Shown here: positions 12,076-25,845 of the stretch, one piece after another | How the letters are laid out: each line of letters starts with the position of its first letter | Position numbering within the stretch: the stretch's first letter is position 1 | Assembly: GCF_009834535.1 (NCBI RefSeq) | Contig: NC_045712.1 | Location: forward strand, 26,474,001 to 26,538,000 | DNA length: 64,000 nt | Reading direction: 5' to 3' | Origin: Camelus ferus | Lineage: Eukaryota | Program-made: the position numbers and the translations under genes | The notes under the pieces: generated by a model | What the model was told of the DNA's origin: nothing | Seen by the model: only the letters and a program-made list of their open reading frames with translations | Database searches by the model: none

Positions 12076-15000
12076 ACTGAAAGTTGTGAGGAGCCTTGAA
12101 TTTATCTAGAACTTATGAAAACAAGTATTTGCACAAGCCAACAAAGGAGATGAAGAAACAGACAGAGAAGGAAGGAAAAAACCAGACATATGTGGATCAG
12201 GAAAGTAAAAGAGAAGACAGTGTTTCTGGAGAATGAAGCCATTCTGAATGCTGTTGGGAAGTCCAGAACAATGAAGCCTTTAACGTACCCTTGGCCGTGC
12301 TGTAAATGTGGCAGCATGGAGATCACTGTGACCTTGGCAAGAACAGTAGCTCTGGAGTGGTAGGGAGGTTACCCTATATGGAAGATAGTGGCTGAAGCAT
12401 TTATACTGTCCTACTACCTTTGGGTTTAGAGTGGGATATCTAACAGTCTTAGAGAATCTTCATGCATCTGAATCTATAAATGTATCTTCAGATGCTCCCA
12501 TCTTCTCCTGTCTTCCTGTTACAACACAGGGAGAGTCCTGCTTCCTGTCAAGCCAGTTGCTCTGAATCCTGTCTCCCTGCTCTTGGTTACCTGTCTCTAC
12601 TGCACTTTTACCTTGCTCCACTAAGTCTTTCCCCTTTGAATTCAAATATGTTTTGGTGTCTACCATTTTTCAAAATCTCTTTGACCTCACTTTCCCCTTT
12701 GGCTACCTCTGTTTCTTTGTCTCTGCACAGCAAAGCGCATGGCAGTTGTCTGCACTGACAGACTCATCCCCATTTTCTCAGCAGCCCACTCCCCACTCCA
12801 GAGGAGACTGCTTCCTTCATGCCTTTGTCGCTGCTGCCCAGCACAGTGCCAGACGTGTGTATCAGTGCTTTGTAAATATAATGGACTATCCATGCCCTGG
12901 TCTTCGACATTACTTAGAATTCCTCTGGCTCTAAATTCATGAAATCCTACTTTTAAATCGTAGTCTTCTACATTCCCCTCTCATGTCTTCCAAACCTAGA
13001 CCAGTCACTCGTCCACTCTTCTGGGTAACTTTTCCCTATATTCTTCCCTCTCTTCAAACCTCCAATACCTCTTCCTCCTTCCTCACTCTCCAGCTGTTAA
13101 CCCTGCTTCCTCTTTCAGGAAGATAACAGAAACCCCAGAACAGTCCTCACGCTCCCAAGACCACACTGAGGACCTACCTGCAGCTGTGCTCACCTACTTC
13201 CCCCCTGTTAAGGAGGAACAATGGACAGACCTTCCAAGCCCCTATGTAAAGCCACACCCATTCTGTGCAGGAGATCCTATCTTCTCCCCCTTACTCAAGG
13301 CACTGCCTCAGCAATTACTTTCTACTTTTCCTGCATCATCAGGAGAGGGAGCTTACAAACATGCTGTGGTTTCTCATATAAGAAATAAAAGCAAACCTTT
13401 CTCAACAGCACACGTCCTTCATGCCACTGTCCCATTTCTCTGCTCACCTTTACAGTGAAACTCTCAAATTAGCCTAGAATATTAGTGACCAGTGACTTTC
13501 AGTCTAGATAAAATGGTGTAGACCCATTTCTCTGCTCCCCACTGAGTACAACTATATACCTGGAAATAATGCAAGAGACAATCAGAAAAAACTCTGAAAG
13601 AGTCTCTGAAGGTAAACTGGTTTGAGACTCCAGGACTAGAGGAACACTCAGCAGCAGGGAACCCTAGGTATCCCCACACAACAGAACAAGGTGATCCAGA
13701 CTAGACAGTTCCCCAACCCTAACCCAGTAACAGAGGGCAGACCATCTGGCCTATTCCTCCCTGCAGCTGAACGGACTAGACAAAGTCCAGCTGAAAACAC
13801 CAGGCAAACTGACAAGGGAGACTGATCAGGAGCCCCCGCTCTCAGTAAGCAGCCAGGGGAAGCACTCTCCTCCCCTCCACTTCTCCTGTCTAATCCTCAA
13901 AACTGTGTACCTCTTAATGTTTCTAGCTCCATGTCCCCCTCAGTCCCTACCTACGTGGCCACTGTAGAGAAGACATCCTTATTGACTGAGAGAAACGACT
14001 AGAGACTTAAGTGCAGGGAATGGATGTGTCTGGCAAGACAGTGCAGAGTGGAAAGGGAAGAGGGAGAGCACTGGGACCGAGACAGTCCAGTATGTACTGG
14101 TGACTACACAAGTCGTAAAACAGTTGAGAGAGTGTCAGTCATGTATAAACCTCTGTGGTCCAAAGTTTTCTCCCAAATGGAGATAACAGTCTTCCTAATG
14201 AGCATCAAGAGCTACAGCCTTCTTATCTGGGGTCCTGGGAGAGAAGATGGCTCCTCTTGTCCCTCTTGGAGCATTCTGCATAAGCAGGTGGGCTGGGGGT
14301 TGGTCATCTAGTTAGTGGTTGAAGATTTGTAACTCACAGGTCTGGGAACTGTGGGCAGGGTAAGAATTTCACAGAATCTTTTTCCTCCTTCAGCTTTGCC
14401 TGTCACTACAGATGTAATGTTATGAAAGACTGGGTGGTAACTGGGTTACTGACAGGCCACAGGTGAGTGGCTTTTTAGTTTCTCCTGAAAAAGCATCTCT
14501 TCCCACATATTAAACATACTTTTCCTACATAGCCTCAATCATCTGGGGCATTTACGTCTTATCCATGGCTCTGACCCTACCCTCTACTGTTCCCCATCCT
14601 CAGATGCTCCCCAAACAATTCCAGTGCAAGGAGTTCTCATCTTGGATTTTCAGATAATCCTTTACATGAAAAATTGCAAGAAAATGGAGAACCTGGATTT
14701 GAGGAAATGGGGACAATGAATATAGTGTTTTCTTGTTTGTGACTTAAGGAAGAATATAGTAGGTTTAAGGGAAATTCAGAGGGACGTTCTGAAGGACTGG
14801 TGGAATATAAATTCACTTACAGGCTCTAGAGAGGGACAGGGTAAGGATACAGGAGAGTAAGAAAACAACTGAGGTCATGAGCTCCCAGAGAATGTAAATT
14901 TAAAAGGGAAGCCTCCCAATACAAGTGATCAGGTGAGGGATCTTCCTCTGGTTTAGCAGTTCTACGAGTCACAGACTTACGCTCCCCTCAGCTCTTGTGC

Positions 15001-16539
15001 CTATGCTCCAGTTCCCCTAAAAGCAGAGCAGGAAATAAGGGCTTATGAGCAGGTAGTTTATTTTGGGAATTGATCTCAGAAAACAAGAGTGGGGCAGTGG
15101 GAGAGTAAAACAGGACAGAGGAAGCCAACCCAAAAATAGGGTACTGAGGTGGTCAGCACCGTGAACAACTAGCTGCAATCTAGCTGGAGGGCCTCTCCCT
15201 CCCAAAGTAAGGCCTAGAAATAGGTTTTACTGAGGTCAGGGTATGAAGGGCCGTCTCAAGATGTGGAAAGTAAGGGCAATAACGGCAAGGGAGAGGAGGG
15301 AATGATGCTGGAAACAGCTGCAGAAAACCAGGACCCCGGGATGGAGTAGAGAGAGCACTCCCACAAAGCACCATGGGAAAGTGGCTCTAAACACAGACCT
15401 CTTGAGATGTTAAAACTGTGCAAAAGTGGAGTAGGGTAATGGGGGTGCCTCCACTGCTCAGGGAGGAGGAGGGGAGGGAACCAGTGACAGCAACTTGAGC
15501 TGACGTTAAAAGGTCCTATCCTCATCTCCATGGAAACTGGGTGGGGAGAACCTTCCAGGTGCTCCAGCCCTTACCCCCAACCAAGCTAACCCTGGAGACA
15601 ACCAGGTGAGAGGGATTGGACAAAGGCCTCTGGACCAACAACCCCTTTTATCTCTCCTCTTTTTTCCCCCTCCAGCACAAAACCAAGCCAGTTTTTTTTT
15701 GGAGGAGGGAGCAGGTGTTAAAGAAATCTCTCTCTCCTTCCTCTCTGTGGCAAATATCCTCTTAGCATATAAAGACACTGAGGCCTGAGTAGAGAGCCCT
15801 CCAGGGTACACCCACTGACATTCAGTGCCAGGGCCAAGAAGAGAGGGAGGCAAACTGTCAGGAATCTGGGCCATTTGGCCCCTGGAATGCAAGACAAGTG
15901 AGAGAGGGTTTGGTTCAAAGGGCCTTAGAACCATTTCATTATTGGAGGACTAAGGGGCACTGAGACTGAAGGGCTTAGGAGGGGCTATGTTTAAAAGCCC
16001 TGGAACCTGGTATTGGAAGGCTGATGGTGAGGCATTGCTAGTAACCTTATCCATGTCACTGGTGAGCCAAATAGTATGGTTCTGAGGCTTAAGTCCTGAG
16101 ACTGAAGAACTCTGGGGGTGTGGTTAAAGGGACATGAGTTTGGAACTGGAGGGTTAGGAGACATAGTTAAGGAGTCCCTCAGATTGGAAAGCTAGAGACT
16201 GAACCCTCAACAATATGCTAAGGCTGGGTAGAAGAGGACGCAGCAAAGGCTAGAGACACAGACAAATCCAGGACAGGAGAGTGTCATAGAAGCCAATGGA
16301 AGGACACAGCTGCAGAAGGAAGTAGTTAAAAGCAAAGACCGCTTCTCCAAGAGGACCATCACTTGGTACCTCTGTTATCAGAGGCTAGACCTCTGCCATG
16401 TTCATACTCACAGAGAGTGTAAGGGGTCAGAAGACTGTCCCTGAGGCCCTCACAAAGCTCGAGTGGGGTGGTGAAGGATGGTGGAGAGATTTGACTCCCA
16501 GTGTTTCTTAAGAGTTCACCTCCAGCTAACACCTTACTG

Positions 16540-17792
16540 CCACTCCCTGTATGTCAGGCTTCTCCCTCAGCATGTCCTCTGCTCTGTGATGAGGAGTGAC
16601 GTCCACCTAAAGCCTTGCCCACACTATTAAGGCTTCTCCCTTGAGTGTGCCCTCTGATGTGGCTGACAGCTAACTTGTTATTAAAATCACACCCTCACCT
16701 CTTGCACACCTAAGGTTTTTTCCTGAGTGTGTTTTCTGGTGTCTGATGAGGGCTGACTGAAGGCCAAAATCTCGCCCACATCCCCCGCATGCCTAAGGCT
16801 TTTCCCCTAAGTGTATCCTCTGATGTGCACTGAGAATTGACTTGTGACTGAAGTCTTGCCCACACACCACACACTCATAAGGCTTCTCCCCTGAATGTGT
16901 TCTCTGGTGTGTGATGAAGTATGATTTCACCCTAAAGCCTCGGCCACAGTTCCTGCACACATATGGCTTATCCCCTGTGTGAATCCTCTGGTGTTTACTG
17001 AGGTCTGACTTTTCACTAATGCCTCACCCACACACCATGCACACAAAGGGCTTCTCCCTTGTGTGTGTCCTCTGATGCCTGATGATGTGTGCCTTGCAGC
17101 TAAAAGCTTGCCCACACTCCCTGAACACATAGGGCTTCTCACCTGAGTGTGTACTCTGGTGGTTGTGGAGTGCTGACTCATCCATAAAGCCTTGCCCACA
17201 CTCCTCACATACATAAGGCTTTTCCCCTGTGTGTGTCCTCTCATGTCTGATGAGATGAGACTTTCTTCTAAAGCTTTCCCCACACTCCCTGCACACACAA
17301 GATTTTCCCCCATGATAGCCTTATGTCTGAAAAGGTTTGACTTCTGGCTAAAATCTAGTCCACACTCTCCAAACTAGACTGCTCCAAATCCTGAGATTTC
17401 TACCCTCTCAAGAATTTTGTCTGCTTCCCCAGAGCTTACCCTCTGTGCCAGACTGCTGTACCTTCAACACTTTGCTTCTTCCCCAAGAGCTTACTGGTGG
17501 TCCCTGGGGTAGACTAGAGAAAACCACTGAAGTCCCCTTCTCAGCTGTACTCTGAAGCAAAGGTGTAGAGACTCCCATTCCGTGGTCTTCTGCTTTGGCC
17601 CCCCCAGTGGTTTTTATCAGAATGTGTTGCTGCTGCTGCTGGTCATCTGGCCAAGGATCCCCTGGGTGGAGTTGGTTTTCTGCACAGAAATCTGGATAGG
17701 ATGACTGGGTAGCTTATGTTGGCTGAGAAACTGATGGCTGCCAAAGGCCAGAGGGCAGGAGGGCCAGAGATGAACTTCTGGTTTGGAATCTG
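16540..17792 (-). pseudogene. ZNF589: Disabled zinc-finger exon of ZNF589 (about 8-9 degenerate C2H2 fingers)
   Basis: Acceptor tttttcag|CA GAT TCC AAA at 17792. Repeated TGEKPY/SGEKPY linkers and CxxC...HxxxH units with in-frame stops and frameshifts. Confidence 0.88.
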
Positions 17793-20700
17793 CTGAAAAA
17801 GAAAGTTTTCAGTCACAACAGTCATAGGAAGGGCTGACAGGGCTTTTCTTCCCTGTCTTATGGTAAGATCTAGCCCATTAATCACTCACAACGATTAATG
17901 TCTGTCTCCCCAAGACATGCTTTACCAGATCTGTATTTCCACTCAACCTCTTTTGACTTTTTATATGAAAATTATTACAAACATACAGAAAAGCTGCAAG
18001 AATAAGAACAATACTAAGAATATTTGTGTACCCTTTACCCAAAATACCTATTGCTAACATTTATATATTGTATATGTATGTGTGTGTACATGTATATGTA
18101 TGTATATACTTTTCTTTGAGCCATTGAGAGTAAACTGCATATATCCTGGCCTTTACCCCTAAATACTTCAGTATGTGTCTCATAAAAGTAGGGATATTCT
18201 CTTTCATAACTATAATACAGTTATCAACTTTGGTAAATTTAACATTTACATAATACTTTTATCTATCATATATATTCTAATTTTGTCAATTAATCAAATA
18301 ATGTTCTTTATAGCATTTTTCCCTCCAGTACAGGATCCAGTCTACGATCAGTTATTATAATTAGTTATCATGTTCCTTTAATTTCCTTTAGTATCCTTCA
18401 TGAAACTGGCATTTTTGAAGGATACAGTTCTTTTTTTAAAGAACACTCCTTATGTTCTAGAATATGCATAGAACATTTCCCATGATTAGATTCAGATTAT
18501 GCACTACACTCAATTTTTACACACTATATCTTTTACATGAATCCAAAAAACCTGCAGCAAAACCTATTCTACATATTATCCCAATAAGGAATCTTCTAAG
18601 TAAGCATCAGAGGCATCTTTAGCTCCGCAAGTATCTGCAATTTTACTAAAATTATCTTCTAAGCCATAACCATTTATATTAACACACACAGCCACAGCCA
18701 TTTATTTCCAACAAGAGAACAATCTTTATGACTATATGGGAATGTCCTTTGTGACTTTTCCTATGAGAAGAAAGAATGGATTGATGTAAGAGTCATTCAG
18801 CCTGGATGTCTCAAACGCAGAAGTCAGTATAGAAGAGCTGCTAAACAGTGCATATGTGAAACCTTCATTTCAGTTTCCCCATTCATTACTAGGTGTTCAT
18901 TAGAGGACTATTATGCCATCAGGGTCTACCAGGAAGTGGAGATTCAGCAGTAGACAGGCACAACTAACTTAAACTTGGCTCTTAGTTCCCGAATCAGTCC
19001 CATATCTGCTCTTCTCTGTTTTCCACAAAGCGACATACACAGAAATTTTACTTTTTGGCTGTACTTACCTACCTAAGAAATATCAAAATTGAATCACAAC
19101 TGTTTCTAACCAGCTGAAGATGATAAACCATGAACTTTTTGTAATCTCAAGAAGCCAGACTATTGGCGCTAACTGAAGATTCTTTGCTGACTAATAAATA
19201 AGGGGACTGTTTTAACCAAACATATATGGATCCATGGATTCATTTCATCCAATGCAGAATGCTAGTTATAACACAGATGCCATAAAACTGCCTTCCTAAT
19301 ACTTAATCATCCCTGACATTTCTCTCCCTGTGAACCATTTAGTAAAAAATTCTTTTACTGGTTTATACCTTTATCTGACAATTAAATAAACTCAAATTTT
19401 TTTTCCCAGTAAGTTCTGCTGGCCTTTGTTTTATTACCTGACATTTGGGTTGTAAAAATTGTTATTATTATTATTATTACTTACCATAATAAATAATGTT
19501 TACTATGGACCCAGCATTTTGCTATACAGTGCTTTGGATAAAAATCAAATTTAATCCTGCTATTATCATTTCATAGATGAGGAAACTGAGGTTTGGAGGG
19601 GTTAAGTAACTTGTCCACAGTCACAAAGTAAGAAGAAACGAAACAGGGTTCAGGATGTGCTTTTAAACACAACACAAGCCACAGATAACTCTGAACTAAT
19701 TAGCACTCAAATGTTTATATTCTACTAAATCTGTCTTTAAATAAGAATAAAAAAAGCTTCTAAGCAAATGTGAGACTCTGGCTGCTTTGGAGAGAAGCAG
19801 CCAGTGAGAATTACGCCCTCTGACAGATCAATTTCTTTGGGAAAAAGTCAACCAAATTTGGCCTATAGACTAAATCTGGGGGTAGGGATGCTCTGGGCTT
19901 TGACCACAGTCTCAGGCTATAAAGCTGCCATCGACATCCCAGACACCCAGCCCAACTGCACTGATTCTCTCAGGACAGGATGAGAGGTGGCTAAGCCATG
20001 CTGCTCCAGAGGACCTGCTGACCCCAATCCTGCCAGGACCCTCATCCATCCAAAAGGAAGTATTTCCTGGAGCCAGGAGAGTTCTGCCCTGGGATCAGGA
20101 ATAGAAGAATGGGGTGGAAGCGGGTAACTAAAACCAATTTTAATCTCTTCCTTCTTTATTCTACATTTCTAATAAACATCTCTTCACCTTTTTTTTTTTT
20201 AAGTCTATAATATTCAGAGTAAAAGCCAAGCTCCCGACAGTGGCCCACAAGGTCCTACATTCTCTCGTGACTTACTGGCTCTCTGACTCCGTCTACTCTC
20301 CATCCTTTGTTCACTCCAGTCTGGGTCACACTGACCTCTCCTCCTGATGCCATGCACTGGCTGGTTCCTATGTCTGGAACACCCTTTTCCCAGATATACC
20401 ACTGGTATATTCCAAGAACCCAGAACTGGACTTAACATTTAATAGTTAATAAATATTTTTGAGAGAATGAGTGATAGGAGCAGAGTTAATTAAGAAAGAA
20501 CTAAAAAGTTAGGCAGAAAACAGACACATGTTCTCAACACTCTCAGAACCAAAGGCTCCTTTTTATAGTCTATGTTTTATAACATCTTTCCTGAAATGAA
20601 ATTCATATTTAATAAAATACCTATACACAGAATTTTTTTATAATAATGTTATGTCCTAAAACCAAAAATACAAAAGAGAAATAAAGGAAAGTAATTTACA

Positions 20701-22518
20701 GTAAAACATTATGCATTTCAATATGAATTTCTTGGAAGGACTACATTAGGAGACATAATGATGCAATCATATGCTTACAGCTATAGGCAGATCACTGTGG
20801 ACACGCCAGCTACAAATGTAGATAAACATGGATGGGCCTGATTGACGGCATGTGTATGTTCTGTTGGTCACAGACAAGGTATGCTGTATGGGTGGTAACT
20901 CAAACACTACAAGCAGCAATGCCATTGGTGATGTGATGTTTTCCATATTGGTGAAAGCACCTCTTGATAAAGATTCAGAACTATTTTCCTTGATTTACAA
21001 CCTACTATGCAAAAACTATCTTATGATATTATCTAAAATAGTTTTATATTCTAGATTCAGAGCATTTCAGCAGATCCATGGCCTGGAGGAAAAAACCAGG
21101 TGAGGGAAGAAGAATTGATACAGATCTAACAGACAGTTTAAAAAAATGGAATGTGTGGATCTTGTCTGGATCCTGATTCAAATTGGCAAAAAGACTTTTT
21201 TGAGATGGTCAGGTAAATCTGAACACGAACTAAGTGTTAGATGATATTGAAGCACTACTGATAATTTTGTGAGATATGATAATGATACTGTGGTTATATA
21301 TTTTTAAAAAGTCCTTACTTATTAGTTACACTGTGATATATTTAGGAGTGGTATGTCACATTATTTGGGATTTGGAAAAAAAGATATACAGAGAAAGGGA
21401 AGGATGAATGAAGTGTAGCAAAACAGTTTAAAGACTGAAATGGATCCAACAGATCCAAAGTTTCAGTGTAAAGATTAATATAATTTGAATCAGGTTATTT
21501 TAAGGCAATTTTAATATAGTCCTCAGAATCAATAAAATGCATGAGCATAGAGACAGAGAAGAAGACCAGATGAAACACGATAAAAATAAGACCAAATTAG
21601 ACTGGCCAGGTGAAAGCAAATTTAAGTGGGTGAATCTACACTGAAATAATTGGAGAAACTAGGCCAGAAGCCAAATGGATTGAAATGGGGCCAATTCAAA
21701 CTGATGAAAGCAGTGCAAAATAGATCCAAGCAGATAAAAACAGAACAAATCAGAACTACTTAATTCATAGCTATGCCAAATAGAGAAAAACTTTGAAAAA
21801 AATTTTTGACAGAAATTTATGTGCCACTCTGAAAATAGGACTTTTAAGAACTCAGGAAAATTCAGAATAATTTTGTATTTGCCAACCTAGACAAATAATC
21901 AGTTTTAAATAAATGAAAATATGGTTTATGATACCAAATAATCTGTGAAACATAAAACTAACAAATTTAATTACGCTTTAAGCTTTTTTAACTTCTAGGA
22001 CACAGAAGGCCTCACTCACTACTTTGCTCTCCTTGCTCTCTGCGCGCCCATCACGCTGGCCCCCTTGCTTTTCTTCAAAAAGGCTAGGCACACTCCTATC
22101 TCGGGGTCTCAGCACCGGTTGCTCCCCTGCCTGGAACAGTTCCCCACCACACCCGCATATCTAACTTCCGCACTTCCTTCAAGCCTTTGCTCAGACGTAT
22201 CTCCTCACAGATGCCAACCCTGGTCACTCATTCAGCCAGCTTCCTCTACACCCTGGCACTCTGGGTCCCCCTTATTCTGCTCTACTTGTATTTGTATACG
22301 TTATACATACTTCTTAACTCTGTAGAGCTTATTATCCTTTAACATACATAATTTACTTATATATGCTGCTTACTGTATATATCAGTGTCCCTATACTAGA
22401 ATGTAAGCTCTGTGATCAAAAAAATGCTTTATTATTTTATTCAATGGTCAATGAATATATGAATGGCTATATGGTCAATGAATATATGAATGGAAAAAGG
22501 AAGAGAACATGTTCTCAC

Positions 22519-22641
22519 CCAACATAACTAGATTCCTGAAACGCCAACATTTCTTCTTTGTATAGGCTCAGGCTCAAGGCTCAGTCTCTTCCACTCTGCC
22601 TCAGAGAAAATCACAGCCACATCCTTGAATTTCACTGGTCC
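22519..22641 (-). pseudogene. ZNF589: Frameshifted KRAB-A exon of ZNF589 pseudogene
   Basis: tttag|GGA CCA GTG AAA TTC AAG GAT GTG GCT GTG ATT TTC TCT GAG GCA GAG TGG AAG AGA ... TTG G|gtgag. Two apparent 2-nt deletions; remnants of LYKEEML and RNLV lie in shifted frames. Confidence 0.88.
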
Positions 22642-23654
22642 CTAAATCAACCAGTAAATTCATACTCATCAAGTCACCATCAACTTTCACAGGGAGAATG
22701 GAACCACCCCCAAACCACTGAAGATATCTCATGCCAGACATGACATGGTGCTTGAAGGCAGCCTTCCAGAACACTACCACAATAAGCCATCAGGAGAAAC
22801 CCTTGCCTTTTCCCAGATGAAGACCTTTCCTGATCCCACAGGGCCCCTAAGACTCTGTCCTCTGTATCCTCCTGCAGGGTCTCTAAGCTCTCCTGCAGAA
22901 TATCCTGGTTTAGTCAGGGGCAAAGGGAATTACTCCCCTGGGGTACCACCTCTTCCATTAGGTCTGGGTTATGGTGGGGGCTAGCAGGGGACTGTCACAC
23001 CAGGCCTAGCCTCAATGCTGCTTATGGCCTCAGGGACTTGGTAGTTGAAGACTTCATAGGAAAGACATCCACAAAACTCCAGTCTGCCAGACTCAGGTGG
23101 AACATCGGGGAGGACCTATGCCTCTCCCAGGGGAAGACACAGCACTTCTTCAGGTTTGACAGCTAGACTTCAGATGGAGTGCTGGTTCCACAAAAGAGTT
23201 TGGCATCACTGGAGTGTCAGAGCCAATCCTGTTTTCCCTACTGATACTTCACTGCCCGTCAGATCCTGACTGTAACTGAGAAGCCTGGAGACCTCCCTTT
23301 CAGGCAGTCACAAACTTGATCTGCAGCCACTGGTCTCCAGGGTGCCAGTGGTTTCTAAGACATGGGGAAGGGAGCATCTTTGGCAATAGAGGTCTGGTTG
23401 CTATAGGCCCTTTTGGTGATGAGGGATTCTTACTTCCCACGGGCATACTCCCCTCTGCTGAACGGTCTGGTGTCTTACTTCATTAATTTCTTAAGTCCAG
23501 GGGTTCAAGTCTGCCAACTACAAAACAGTGGTAAAGGCTGGCCCTGCTGAGAACTTGGCTGAAGCACAGTCTCCCAGCCAGGTGCTAGGCACTCAACGCT
23601 TCAGCTTCCAAATTTCTCTGGCACAGATACCAGAACTATATTACTTGGGTACCT

Positions 23655-24160
23655 GTATCAGGGGTCCCCAAGACCACTACTCCCTATTCAGTGACTCACT
23701 AGAAGGACTGACCGGACTCAGTATATAGCTGTACTCACAGTTAGGGTTTATAACAGCAAAAAAGATATGCAACAGGATCAGCGAGGGAAAATGACACAGG
23801 CAGAGTCTGGAGAAATCCATGTACTGGCTTCCTTATGCTCTCTCCCTCTGGTAAGTGGACATGGTGAGTTTCTCCAGCAGTGAAAATGCAATAACATGTG
23901 TGCAATGTTTCTACTCAGGGAAGGACACTAAAGCCTCTGGTGCCCAAGGTTTTTAAGGGGTTTGGTCACGTAGTACACTCTGCCTAGCAGCTATGAAAAT
24001 TCCAGGCTCCCAGAAGGAAAGCAAGTTGCTCAGCATGAAACACACTGTCAAGGTACAGTGAACTACACCTAAACTACAGTACTTGAGTACCAAGTTCCCA
24101 GATGCCAGCAAAGGGCCAACCTTGTAAGCAGGCCTTTCTAAATATAGCAGTCTCAGTGCT
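23655..24160. mobile_element. ERV LTR (MER21-like)
   Basis: TGTATCAGGGGTCCCCAAGACCAC...GACTCACTAGAAGGACT...GGACTCAG pattern, by recall. Confidence 0.5.
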
Positions 24161-25584
24161 ACTATGTTAAATCTTTCTGCACAGCCTCTTAGTTGTCCTG
24201 CCTGCTGGTCACAGCTCACTGACCCATCTGTTAGTCTATCAAGGGGGACTCTGAGCATGTACCATGCAGGCTGTACCCAAGGAGCCTAGAGGCTGCTGCT
24301 TTTGCTATAAGGGAGTAGGATGGGGCTAATCAGGCAGGGGGAGCCACCTTCTACTCCAATTCCACAGGCACCACTCCCTGCCCTCCCCCTGGAAAACACA
24401 AATGGGGATATCTTAATGGAGGATACCCAAATTCCCCCCCAAACTGGAGACTCTCAGCCCCACAATATACACACCTGCCTTGGTGTGAGTGCCAGAGAGG
24501 GCAAGGCCCTGACTGGAGCCACACAGCAGCCAGAGGCTCCCCTCTATCAGCAGCGCCCAGCTACAATGCCCCCTGAGCGCTACGTACCCCTGCCAGTTAC
24601 CTCACTCTGGACCATTTGGCACAACCTCCCTCCCTTTTTCCCATCACACTTTGGCCTTTGTCAGCCATCTTGAAGGAAGAGGAGAGAAGGGGAGGGGAGG
24701 GGGGAGATCAGGTCCAGTAGCCCAAGGTTTGGATGACCAAACAGCTCAGCAACTTTGGATACGCCTCATGGTTAGCATATTATTCTTTTAAGGCAGAGAC
24801 TTCAACAACCCCTACTACTTCCATGTCTCTCCAAGCCTTCACGGAAGGGGTAGGTAACGCCATGGCTGTAATGACACAGTGCCTGGGCTTCTATTCTCAA
24901 ACTCCGTGCAGGGCATGCAATGCCCAGCTTCTGACTCCACTGGTCTAGGTTCCAGCTGTAGTCAGTTCCCTGTGTTCCCAGGAGTTGCCACAATACTGAG
25001 TTTTGAACTGAGTCCCATCAGTTAGGAAGAGCCCCAGGCCCTACACTGACTTCTGGAAAGCTGTCTATCTTTCATTTTAGTATCTGTATGACACACGACC
25101 CTATCAGAAATGTGCATATCTGTCTCCCCACAAGCCTGAGTCAAAGACCTCCAGCGATTTGCCCCAGAGAAAGGCAAGCAGTGTTAGGGAATATGCCGGT
25201 TACAGATGCTGAAGCACTGCAGACAAGGATCCTTGACTAGAGTCTCAGTCTGCTGATGACTACTGCTCCCTTGTGACCACTCAAGTTTCTCCAGCTCCAG
25301 GAAACCTCCCTAACACATACTCCAACGCCACAGGCAGAGGTGTAACTCCCTCTTCTGTCCAATCTCTTCTCAGTCACACCACACTACATGTTTATATGTT
25401 TATCCATCTGTCTCCCTTCTAGATTGTGAGTTTATTCAAGCAGCTGGAGAGCATAATAGGATATGCAGGTAAATGAAGAGTCATACCATGCTTCTGGACA
25501 GGGTGAATTATACTGCACGTCAATCAATTCCTTCCAAATTAAATAAACTCAATGCAATGCTAATCAAGATAATTCTAAAATTAT

Positions 25585-25845
25585 TTTGGGGGCCGGGGGT
25601 GGGAAGGGACAGACTGGGACTTCAAAATTTGTAGATACTGACAGGCATATGTAAAATAGATAAACAAGATTATACTGTATAGCACAGGGAAATATAGACA
25701 AGATCTTGTGATAGCTCATAGAAAAAAACCTGACAATGAATATATGTATGTTCATGTATAATTGAAAAATTGTGCTCTACACTGGAATTTGACACAATAC
25801 TGTAAAATGACTATGACTCAATAAAAATTGTTAAAAAAAAGAAAA
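25585..25845 (+). mobile_element. L1 3'-end fragment (cetartiodactyl/camelid type)
   Basis: G-rich tract, ATAGATAAACAAGATTATACTGTATAGCACAGGGAAATAT..., TGTAAAATGACTAT...AATAAAA plus A tail. Confidence 0.7.

Noticed and set aside
17024-17296. 90-aa zinc-finger ORF as a functional small ZNF gene
   Set aside because: It is a fragment of the disabled ZNF589 exon, bounded by stops and frameshifts, and one finger has lost a Cys (YVFREC).
22444-22493. 23-bp direct repeat ATGGTCAATGAATATATGAATGG x2
   Set aside because: Simple local tandem duplication at an L2-like tail; only two copies, not a CRISPR-like or regulatory array.
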